The translations under genes were made by a program, and so were the position numbers. A stretch of 58,283 bases of DNA, the filler included, from Sphacelaria rigidula (lineage: Eukaryota), in the NCBI GenBank assembly GCA_964200075.2. It is 7 parts of 7 records of this genome, joined end to end, with 100 filler letters (N's around TTAATTAATTAA, not from the genome) between each part and the next. Parts side by side here need not be neighbours in the genome. Positions count along the whole stretch, not along the records: positions 1 to 8,241 come from CAXNAA020011806.1; positions 8,342 to 16,582 come from CAXNAA020011807.1; 5 more parts are not named here. One strand, 5' to 3'. Positions 1 through 11,400 of this stretch are shown one piece after another. How positions within the stretch are numbered: position 1 is the stretch's first letter; every line of letters starts with the position of its first letter. Below the pieces are notes generated by a model, which worked only from the letters and a program-made list of their open reading frames with translations, made no database searches and was not told the origin of the DNA.

Positions 1-269
1 TCCGTCCCGGCAGTGTAGGGATGCGAGGTCAATGGTCTGATGACTATGGCACGCATGATCATGAGTACACCCCCTCGTCTATTGACGCAATCGACAAATG
101 TTGTGTCCTTTGTACACAGTGTACAATATCTGAAATTGGGTTAATTGTGGGTTGACTCTGGAGGCGTTCGCAACCGTCAGAAGATTTGCGCACGCGCCGT
201 CGTCACAGCACTCGGATAACAGGCAACACGTACCAATAATACTATCCGCATCATACGACGCTGAAACAG

Positions 270-3200
270 GTGTACAGGGCGAAGAACAGGGTGACCCAAG
301 ATGTCGTTGCTCTGAAGAAGATACGGGTGCACAGCGAAAACTTCGGGGTGAGCTGATCCATCTTGGTGTACATGTGAAGATCTCATGTATTTGAAGTCCG
401 TCACCTGATTGAGCACACGGATTAAAGGCGCACGCTCGAATCAGCTCACATCTCTCTGCTCACCACCAGTGTTTCTTATGATCGCCCTTCGTCTTGGGTT
501 TCGAGAGTCCAATGTAACAACCCGCCAGAAAAGCAGGTGCTCAAATATGGTTTCCCTCAAAATGGCCAGTCGGGTCCTCCGAACGGGGGCAAAGAGTCAG
601 GGTAGCGTGTAGTATGCTCATCTCGAGATCCATAGCATGATGTAGAACGAGATTGGTATGTACATGGCCGCGCTGAACATTCATGTATGTCTTTTTGAGG
701 GCTGTAAGGTTGTATAGATGATGTCACCCGCGGTGCAGTTCTACAAACTTGCATTTGGACACGCCGTGCCAAGCTAACAAGCTATTCCCCAGTGTATCAG
801 ATATTTGGCCGCTCGCCCGTCTATGGTATATCTTTGGGGCCTTGACGCAAATCACGCTGAAGTGTGGCTTAGACCTGGCAACGTTCTTGAATCACCGAGA
901 TAAGGAAGATCGCAACTGCGTTGGCAGCGAGTCGATATTCTATTGCTGAAATAACACCTCTGCTGGGGGGGCGATGTCATCCCTGCCGCTCACGGTTCTG
1001 AGGTAATTCCTAATCGCACTGCAAATGCAGTGCATCTCCGAGCTGCAAACTTCGGTGAACCCCTAACTGAATGATGCTGTCTCCTTGTGTGTCTCGCTCA
1101 CCCGCTTCGGTATCGCGTTTGCCAGCTCCCAGTGACAGCGATTCGAGAAATCAAGATTTTGAACGAGCTATCTCATAGCAACATGGTGACGCTGCTTGAG
1201 GTTGTAAGCTCTATTGGCGAGGTGAGCAAAAAACAAAAAACATGCCTACATCGCAGCGGGAGCTAGCACGGAAAGAGCTCCTGGGTGATCGCATGCTGTC
1301 ACGCTGGCCGTTTCATGCTCTGCGATGCTTGATGCCGATGATTGCCTATGGAGCAACACAAGGTGTACGGAAGTACGTCCAGGAATTTTGTGTCCAGTCT
1401 GTTGTATGAGGTGCCAAAAGCGTGAGGAATGGACGTGGGACCAACCGACCAAAGTCGAGGGTCTTATGATCACCTGCGCTAGAAACGGTGATATCACAAG
1501 TCAAAAGTGATCGACAGTGGTGTGCTGCCCAACCGCATCTGCTAGACCGCCACATGTCAACTTGGCGCGCCGTTCTCGTCATTGATGATAGATGGACGAA
1601 GCTATTCCGCTGCTCGCTGCTCGCTTGCTTGCAGAAGGATGATGACGATGACGATGATGACGACAAGGACACGCCGCGAACGGATAGGCAGAGGAGAGGA
1701 AGCCTGTACATTGTGCTGGAGTACCTTGAGCACGATCTTGCCGGCTTGTTAGACCTCAACATCACGCGAGTATTTTCAACATTGACTCTGCTTGAGGATA
1801 TATCACGTTGGTATTGTACTGAGTGCAGCGATGAATAATGATCGAAAATACTGATGGAGTCATCCACTTTGCATTTCGTCGAACATCACTTGCCGTTATC
1901 GGTACGGGTGCCGTCAGCTACAGAGTCCACTTCGCTTTTGACTATAGCCTCTGAACCATTATGCATGTGCCAGAACTTTTGTAAAAAAGACCTTCGTCAG
2001 TATCGCAGCCGTAGTAGCCTAAGCACGCAGAGTGTCGTGGCAAGTGCGACGTGTTGAGTAGCTGAGGTGACGATCGTCCACCTCGCGCTGGTCGTCAGCC
2101 TCACGTGGAACATGACATTGCCAGGAAAGATTCGACAATTGAGATTTTCAATTTTAGGTCCACACTCCGTGTGCTGTCCCGAACCAGACTGCAATTTGCA
2201 TACACTTCACGATTCGTGCTGGCTGCTGACTTGAGTTCCTGCTGCATTCTGTTGTTTCTTCAGGTTCAGCGATGTCCAAATAAAGGGCATAATGAGGCAG
2301 CTGCTGAACGTTCTTGACTTCGTTCACTCAAACATGTACGTTCACCGCGACATCAAGTGCTCGAACCTGCTTATCGACAACAACTGTAGGCTGAAGGTTC
2401 GTGACGCGAGCATTCGCATGGTGTGAGTACTAATTACCACGTGATCCTGCACCGCGTAGTGCTTGGCGATGTGAGGCTCGGACGTAGACTCCAATGTAGA
2501 CTCCTGGCAATTCATGCGGTCATCTGCATGCAAACTCGGCGTCGGTGTTGTCGGTGTTGTTGCTTGTCAAGAGTTTACGTCACCAAGCCAGTATCCTGCT
2601 GCCTTCTCGCCTTTGGTGCATTTCTCCCACAGCTCGCGGATTTCGGCCTCGCACGGCGACTGAGTGATGTGCCTGCCGATCTCACCAACCGCGTGATAAC
2701 GTTGTGGTACCGACCACCGGAACTTCTGCTGGGTGCTACACGATATGGGCCGACTGTGGATTCCTGGGGTGTGGGCTGCATTCTGGCCGAAATAATCATA
2801 GGCAAGCCGCTTTTCCCCGCGAAGGTGGAGTTGGAGCAGTTGGATCTTATTTTGCAGGTGTGTCTGCGTGTGTTGCGTTTGTAGTGACATTTTTGGATCC
2901 ACCAGCTAGCGAAGGCCAGTATGGCACTGTCAAGTGCTGGTTCTTCATGCCGACTGTAATTCGGCCTTTTGCTTCCTTACGCAGTGGCACCGTGACACTT
3001 TTGGGAGAGAGTTGGACATCTTTGTCTTTGCAGAACGTGTATTTTCACGTTGAAATCAGTTCATACGTGTTAGCATTCGTGAGTATGCTTTCACTGGAAA
3101 ACCTTGTGTACTTCCCAATCAAAATTAGGGTGGACGGGTCTCAAAGGCAGCGCGAAGCAGACACGATTTTTGCCGTGCCTACCGCACCACGCTGCTATCA

Positions 3201-6200
3201 AAGGTTGGGAAGCGCAGAGTGACGAAGTCCTTGCCGCGCGGTAGGTACCACGTCACAAGCGATAGGAACAAAAAGGGAAAACGAACGCTGCGAGGGTGGA
3301 TGGATTAGCGAGGGAGTGCAATGATACAGGTTGCTGACAGAAGAACAACAAGCCTGTGACGTACTCGTAGATTCTCCGTCAATCAAGAACAACGCGATGA
3401 AAAATGATGTTTTTAGTACCGTATTCACCACACACCCGAAAGCTCACGCACTTGTCCATTTCGAGAACGCTCTCGCTATGCTATCAAATGTTTCAGACGC
3501 CGAGTGCATAGAGGGCGTTCACCGATTGCCGTGTGCGTTACCAACAGTGAATATTATCCTAGGGAAACCGAGGTCAGCGACTCGTACGACCACACCAATA
3601 GGCAGTGGAGCATGTTTGAAAAAGCCGATAGTACTGCACCGAATGAGTCTTCTTGCCATCCCTCTTATTTGTGTCCGACCCCGCTCCTTGAGTGGCGCGC
3701 ACTCGCTCTCAGGTATTAAGACCTGGGGACTGGGCGCGACTGATGTTAACTGATGTTAACTGATGTTGACGACATACGCCGTGCGGCGGCACTGTATGGT
3801 GACGCGTGGCAGTGCTTGGCCAGGGTTTTTGCAAGCCCTCACATTAGACAGGTAGAGTCACACGTTTCTTTTAACGTTGCCAATTTTATTGCGCAAATCT
3901 GGCGATGCCAACCCGATACAACCCTGCCACTCATAGGTTTCACCTGCGTATCAACCCCTTTCTTTTCTCGCCCTCTCTCTGGCTAGGTGTGCGGCACGCC
4001 CACGCCCAAAATATGGCCAGGGTACGATGAACTTCCGAGCTACAACTCTATGATGCCGTCGAAAAAATATCCGGGCAAACTGAAGAACCACTTGGTGAGA
4101 AATTGCGCTGGGAAACGATTTGAGAATTGCTGACTTTACCGTTCTCCAGACAAAGCGGCAAGCACAGTCGTGGGCGTCTCGGTGGACAGCTTGGATTGCC
4201 GCGTTAACTTCAAAACTGTGATATTTATTCGGCATTACAAGCCGTCAGCGTATCCCCCGCAGATTGAATACCGCAGCAGGTTGAGGGTCAGAGGCTACTC
4301 GTAGTTCAGGAAAGGACCCCTGGATGAAGTATACAGCCATCCCTCGCGCCATTTTTAAGGATTCGGGTACAAAGTTTTGTCCACATTCCTGAAAAAAAAT
4401 CGAGGTGGCCTTTGTCTGAGGTAATTTCCTTCACTCGTCTCACCGGTTCCGTGGGGTACGACCAACAACAACCCAGGACCCCAAGAAATGAATAAAATCG
4501 GCGGAAGATGACTGTGCCAAGACAACGCCAAGTCTGAGCTGTCCCCCAGGAACGTTGTGCAAGAGGTCGTCCTCGAACTCTCACAGGGGAGTGAGAAATT
4601 TTCCTAGAATATAACTCTTTCGAATGTGTGTTTTCATAAGGCAGGATTCCGATGCCCGAAATTCCACTGATTTGGCCAGAAGCGGTATCGCCTTGACTAA
4701 CCTCTTCATCATGGCCTGTGACGTTTCTCTTCGATTTTTGTGTAGGGTGCGAACACGCTCCGCCTCTACTGCGAATGTGTCTTAGTTATACAGAGCTAGA
4801 CATTCCCTGCCGCTACTAAAGAAAAAACGTGACGACGTCCGCATCTCCAGAAGCATCTCGAGAAACGGAACCATGAACAAGCGGCATGTGCTTCCGCTGG
4901 ATATTTTCGCTCCGCCAAACGTTGCATGCTTTCACACGTCGGACAGCTCATGAGCTACCTGGATATTACTTGTTATTAGAGTACTGATCCGGATCATGAG
5001 CTANNNNNNNNNTGAGCTAGCTCATTTGGCCACCATTTCCGTATTAGCTCCCAACAGCGATGGACGCCGAGCACGCCGTGTAGCGGGAAGGTAACGCTTT
5101 GGCTTCTCGGACACTGCTGTAACGTGTTTTGTGTTTTGGTACAATCGATCTGGGAGTTCTCTTCGATTACTTATTTCAGGTAGCTCATGAGCTGTCCGAC
5201 GTGTGTATGCTTTGAATGCCCTCTGTTTGAACCGCAGCTTGCTTCCTGCCACGACTCGGCACTGAGAATGCCACGCCACAGTTTCCATCCGAGATGTCCC
5301 GAGAGGTGGTGTGGTACTTCGCTGGTCTTGACTCGCTTTTCGTGTGAAAAAATGATGATCGGAAGGATCGGGGTTCTTTCGTAGACCAAGTCCGAACTTT
5401 TGCCGCCGGTAGTAATGGAGAAGTTGTCGTTCGTTTTCTGTTCTTGGCGGTGTCTTCCACAGACGGAATTCGCACGGAAGATTGGGAATGCCCATCTCAT
5501 GACTCCTGACGTTGTCGACCTTATTGAGCGTCTGCTAACCCTGGATCCGGCGAGAAGGTGGTCTGCAAATAAGGTATGTGCTTGTTCATGTTACTGGAAG
5601 GAAGGGAATGGAACAGCGTCAGCTGATTCTTGATGCGAATATTGATCTCGTCCTGAATATCTCAAGTTACGTATATTTTTTTCCCAACGCGTCAAGACTG
5701 TGAGTACCACGACTGTAGCCCTTCCCGGCTACGGTAGATGCAGCGAAACAAGATGCAACCTAAGGTCGACACGACCATATTTTTTTCGCACTGCGATTTC
5801 GCTTACTGACTTTCGTGCACTCTTTCTTATGTGCTTTGCCCTCTACCGTGCAGGCACTGAAGCAGGCCAATTACTTCCGAACAGACCCAATTGTGTCGGA
5901 TAGTACTGACCTGGGTGGATTGCAACTGCCTGAGCGCAATGGGTCATACCACGAGTATCAGACAAAGAAAAAGCGGAAACAAGATGGGCTAAATCAGCAG
6001 GAGGCGAAACGCGCGATTAAGAGGAAAAAGGTATGTGACAACGTTGGTGACAATTAAAAACAGTCGCGTACAATCCCCTGGCGTGCCTGTCTCGTGACTC
6101 GTAAGACAAGCTGAGCTGCAGCACCCCGCACGAAATCGACCAAGGGCTTCTCGCTGAGGGATGTTTTGACACGCACAAGAAAAGATGGAAGAAGTCGAAT

Positions 6201-7577
6201 TCGTTGTCGATTGTCAGATGTGGTCCACCACCAGCAACGATAATGCATCAGTCATACGAGATTTGGACCCATAACGAACAGCTGACAATCGTGGCAGATC
6301 ACAGGGCTTTGGACGCTCACCATTAGAGTCGCACTACCTTTCGGACGGTAGTAGATAGTCCGCATAACAGCTCTTACTCACCCAGGCACGTATGATGGGC
6401 TTGTTTTGGCTTCAATCTTCCATCCGTCAAGGAATGAGGTTGAAAAGGCCGTCTTCGGGAAGCCGCAGAGCGTAAATGGTATCGAAACTCCACACTTGGG
6501 TTGGCGTCAAGATCGCATTACCTGTCCGAATGATTGGTGCTACCTACCCCGATACGGGAACGAGTGCGCACGATCAAACCATTTTGTATTTTACTGGAGC
6601 CAGGCTATGTGTGGATGTGTGCGCATTACATCGAGGTGTCGGTACGCGATGCTGCAGTGTCTGAACTGATGAGCATACGTTCGCATTTATGAAGCATCTG
6701 ACCTACACTGACGCTTGGGCAAATGTGCACTGGCATCCAGGCACGCCCTTCCTGCTCCCAGTGTGAAATCGCCCGACTTGACTCTCATTAGTCGGTGGGA
6801 TCGTGCTAATTTAGTCAAAATCGAAAGTGATCACAGCATTATAATAAAAAAGTTGGATTTTGATTTCGATGATTTTTGTTGAGAAGATACCCTCTTACGC
6901 CCACATCACGTTATGTTCTGTTGCTCAGGCCAAATTGAGCGGGATGTCGAACGGGGAACGCGCGGTCAAGACGGATGCTGGACGCGGAGGTGAGCGGACG
7001 TCGTCGCCTAATTCTGGGGCAGGGCTCACTGGTGCGGCGCATCGGGGGGGGGCGCATCGGGGTGGCACTCACGGCAATGCAACTGGTGGACCTTCCCAAC
7101 CTCCGCTGCCACCTGCACCCCCACATCTCTCCCACCACGGACGGCATGACTCTGTTGTATCCAGCAATTGGGCCCCACCGCTGCCCCCCCCCGGTCCTTT
7201 AGCCCCACCCCCCCCCCCGCAGCATGACACCCCCAAGCTACCGCCCGGTGCACCACCTCTGCCAACAAGTGCTCCACCTTCGCAGGTTTGTCAACTCCGC
7301 CCGTGCCGTCAAGGTCATCGATCTATGAAAGTCCATGTTCTTTCTCCACGGGCATGCATGTCTTGAGGCTTCCGTAGTAACGTAGCCTCATACATAGTAT
7401 GTGATACAACCCGCGCCCCGTGCGGTTGTTGACTTTGTAGTCCTGTTACGCTACGTTACAATTTCATCACCACTAACCACTTGGTCATCTGCGTGCTCCC
7501 GAACCTCTTTGCATTTGCAGGCCCCGCCATACTATCAAACGCGCCCACATACGAGCAGCTGGGACGCGAGGAGATAG
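270..7577 (+). CDS. CDKC: Cyclin-dependent kinase, CDKC/CDK12-13 (PITAIRE-type, Pol II CTD kinase) family; 5'-partial, 10 exons, ~490 aa visible
   Basis: Exons with AG/GT (one GC) boundaries and consistent phase: 270-347 (VYRAKNRVTQDVVALKKIRVHSENFG), 1126-1221 (LPVTAIREIKIL...), 1635-1765 (...LYIVLEYLEHDLAGLL), 2264-2396 (HRDIKCSNLL), 2633-2857 (DFGLAR...TNRVITLWYRPPELLLG), 3987-4094 (CGTPTPKIWPG), 5463-5573 (LLTLDPARR), 5854-6030 (HEYQTKKKRK), 6929-7285 (Gly/Pro-rich), 7521-7577 (TAG). PVTAIRE, HRDIKCSN, TNRVITLWYRPPE and the HE plus polybasic C-terminal extension are characteristic of CDKC/CDK12/13. The Gly-rich loop exon lies upstream of the window. Confidence 0.95.
4933..5205. mobile_element. 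MITE family A (~270 bp, CACACG.. TIR, 8-bp TSD; hAT-like), in a CDK intron
   Basis: TIR cacacgtcggacagctcatgagctacctg / caggtagctcatgagctgtccgacgtgtg. Flanks catgcttt and tatgcttt match at 7/8. Related copies at 21777-22038 and 56235-56481. Confidence 0.8.
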
Positions 7578-8241
7578 TAGTTCAACCGGTTGTACGTAAA
7601 TTATTTCGTGTGGGTCGAGTCTCGTGGGCAGGCTGCTATGGGCGCATGGGAACTTTTTTGTTATTGTCACACGGTGTTTGCATGTGAGGTGTTCTGTTCG
7701 GCAGTCAGGTAGTGGGGCTGTGGCACGAAACAAATATTTCGGTGAGTTCTACGAGCTGGGCTGGCCTAGACGCGGATTTAAGCTCTCAAAGCAAAATATT
7801 ATCGACACAGACGAGTTGGGCCGTGATCTACATATCGTATTCATCGTCTGGTCATGGGGAAGGTGCCCATGTGCTCACAAGTTTGGGCCATTTTTTTCTC
7901 GTTGATTGAATCCCATGTCTAGTAATTCCTATACCGTACGGAGATAGCGTCCATACTAAAGTCTTTATGAAACCCCGAACGATATTTACAGCGGATGACG
8001 ACGATCTTTGGTGTGGACTTTCCCTGGAGCACGGGGGAACGATCAATACCTCCACTTTTGCCTACTTCGTTATCTGTCCTGAGATATGGCACTCAACCCT
8101 TAGACGACGAGCGTCGCCTCAGAACAGTTGTGCAGGCTGACAGTTCCGAGACATCCGGGGGTTTCCAAAGCTCGGGGGGGGGGGGGGGTTGGGGGGGGGG
8201 GGGGGGCCCCCCCCGGAGCATCGGGGAAGCCCGGGGGTGCA

Positions 8242-8341
8242 NNNNNNNNNNNNNNNNNNNNNNNNNNNNNNNNNNNNNNNNNNNNTTAATTAATTAANNN
8301 NNNNNNNNNNNNNNNNNNNNNNNNNNNNNNNNNNNNNNNNN
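8242..8341. other. Artificial contig linker (N44-TTAATTAATTAA-N44)
   Basis: Six-frame stop linker, exactly 100 nt. Identical linkers at 16583-16682, 24924-25023, 33264-33363, 41604-41703 and 49944-50043. Confidence 0.98.
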
Positions 8342-8499
8342 GCAAAAAGTCCCCCCTAAACCCCGCCTCCGGGGTATGGATGTATGGCCCCCGCGACACC
8401 CCCCCCCCCCCCCCCATTCGAACTCCAGTTGAAATGCTCTGTGCCGAATGGTCCCTCTCGCTGATGTGCCGTTTTGCGGATTGATCGTGTGTGAAAAAG

Positions 8500-11400
8500 A
8501 TACCTTGATGAGTCCGGAGTACCCCTGACGAGCGACGGTTTTCCGGGCGTGGCCATGATGGAGTACAAGAATACCACCTCTAGTGTGGAAGAGCTGCACG
8601 TGTTCTTCTCCATTGGGTGGTTCGACTTGGGCTCGTGGGCATGGGTACACCATATTGTGGAGTGGGCCACGAAAGGTGTCTTCATGGGAGAACGCCGGTT
8701 CTACCTCGGAGCGGTGGTCGACGACTTGTTTGTCGCGACCAACGAGTTCTTGTACGATGGCGAATTCAACGAAGGGCCGGTGAGAACGTTTGACGCATCT
8801 GGGCAAGAAATGTTGAGTACTACAGTAGAACATACTACGTACAGGGTGCCGAATGCCAGTTGGAGAATAAACACGGACATTTTGTTCTGTCGTTATTCAC
8901 TTGATGCGATACTGAAGTTTACACAAACGTTCGATCAACCAAACGAACAGACGTGCTACGGCTACCCCGGTATCCCGATTCACTCTTGCCATGTATCCTT
9001 TACTTATTTTTCGTCAGTACAAAATGGTACTAAGCATGTGTTTAGCGTCAGCGGCGCAGTAGGTAAGCACCTTGCGTGTCGAGACTACTTGCGCCTGGCA
9101 AACCTCTCCCCTGGCGCTCCTCCTGCTGGCCCTGGGCATCAGGCCTCTTCCTCCGTCGCATGCGCCTCCGTGTATAAAAGTCAACCGTGCTCTGTCTTAA
9201 ACTGCAGGCGTATCGCTGCTCCGCAGAGGACTACAACAACCTAATCGACGTGCAAAACACCCTCAACATAAAGTATTCCTCACAAATCATCACCGAACAC
9301 GCCTTCAACGGGGCCGGTATCCTTCAAGAGGTGAGCTCCCCTTCATGGGGTCGCGAGTGACCGCGCCTCTACGTATGTAGTTTATGGAACCTTGAACTTG
9401 GTGCTCTCGTAACCACTTTCGCCGGATGCTGGAGTCATTGTTCGCGCGATGAAGTACGCAAACCGAAGGGTGGATGGCATACTACCGGTTCTCGTTGCTT
9501 TCGCAGTAGTGTAAGTGAGTTAGGGCATTGTCTTCGAAAGCCTGCCCATGACATGTCCCAAGTCAACAATTCATCAGTCAATTGCAGCTGCTGTTTCAGA
9601 GATTTGACTCAAGTCGTTGACCAGCCATGTGCCACACTTCCTCGCGTGCCCCCTACCCCACGACCTACCCGCTTGTGATCGTCTCCTTCCTGCGGTAATA
9701 CAGGTCGGGTCTTTGTACCAACCTCCATACGAGGAGACGATTGTCACCGTCAAAGGAACAAAGATGACGCCACCCGGTAAGTACGTCTACATTTGATTTC
9801 CTTCCAAGCATTAAATATCCCGACGCAAGAGACAGGTATACTCCCGAGCTTACGATCAACACCAAATGCATCTATTCCTTGCGTGAATCCCCCCCCCCCC
9901 CCTCATCCCATGAGTTCTATTTTGCGTTTAATTGTTTGGATTTCGTCCAGTGTTTCTTATGTTTTCAAATGTATATTTATTGTTTGCAGTCGTACGCGTA
10001 TCGGTGGGCTGTCTCAAGGTTACGTTGGCTCTTGCCAACCTCCCCCACGCACCCGCAAGTAATCAGTGCTTCGAGATGGACAAAGTTCTGGACTATTCGC
10101 CGCAAAACACGTTATAGTCACGATGATGAGGTATGGTAATGCATGAAAGAACCGCGTGCTCAGAGGACCGCATTGTAGTTCGAAACACCTCAGGATCGAT
10201 GTTTTTCAACACCAATCGGGCCAGCCCCTGCAGGGACCACGCCCCTGGCACTAGTCTCAACACTAACCTCAACCCTAACCCTGACCATGGTGAGGATCAA
10301 ATTCCGATGCGGCCCTCTAAGTACGCGGTCCTCTCATGCATTACAGTATACCATACACCCGCCCCCCCCCCCCCTACCCTTCAAATTTAACATTCTATTG
10401 GCTTGTACCCCCACTCGTCCGCACCGTCATTGTATCCGACGCCGTCCAGGTCTACAGAGTGTTGTCATCCCCCCGGACTACCTTAGTGTGAATGTGCCCC
10501 TCATGGAGGCGGAGCACGCAGCTGGCATATGGGACAGCGATGCTTTGCTACAGGCTGTGCTAGCTAATCCCGACGATGCCTTCATTGGCAGCCACACCCT
10601 CACTCATTTGTCTCGCGACGAGCTCCAAGCTTCAGATTGTAACGCCGAGGACGGGGGTGAGCCACATCTCTCGTTTCTTCAACGTATTCAAGTGAGAGTA
10701 TTCTCAATTGTTTTCGAGCGTTGCTCGCCCCCCCCGACTACTCAAAACGCTGCGATATCGTCTGGTTAAAGAACTGTGAAATGCTATCCTTCGAAGTCAT
10801 TCGGGTTGCTTGTCTCACGTTATATCGTAACGGGAGAATATCGACCACTTGCTCTCTCTCGAATGTAGTGGGGCAAAGCTGAGTGTCGGAATGGGGTCGA
10901 AACCGGGTCGTGAGATGATTGGTGCAAGTGAAGGCAGAACTAAGTATTCCGTTTACAACCACTCCCGACACAACCTCTTGTCCATGCCGACTATTCCCTC
11001 CTCTTTGATGTTTGCGCCAAACCTCGAAAAAGCACAGCCAATGCGCAAATCGCCGTAATATCGGGCATGTTCGACATGGACAACTACAACTGGCGCAGCA
11101 TGGTTTCTCCGGGCATCACCGGTCTGTTTAATGCCAACTGTCTCCAGTCTGGCGAGGCCAATCTCATGACATGCTACCCCGGTGACAATACCTACGACGG
11201 GGTGCAGACGGAAGTAAGCCTCGTGAACGAGGACAGCCAATTCCACTCCATCTACACTACCGTGGCTACAAACGGCGAGTGTCAACCCGAAGGCGACGGT
11301 GTCTAGTTGTATGCTATGGGCGGGATGCGGTGTGATCTCGCGTGTTTTTCTCATCTTGATTGTGTGAACGGGATATTCTCTGCAGATGTGGCGTTTTTGC

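Noticed and set aside
7995-8241. ORF 7995-8297 as the 5' end of the Agd3-like gene
   Set aside because: It is on the preceding unrelated contig, within the probable CDK 3' region, and runs into poly-G and the linker.
8286-8297. TTAATTAATTAA as a biological motif
   Set aside because: It is identical in all six gaps and centred in Ns, so it is a synthetic six-frame stop.
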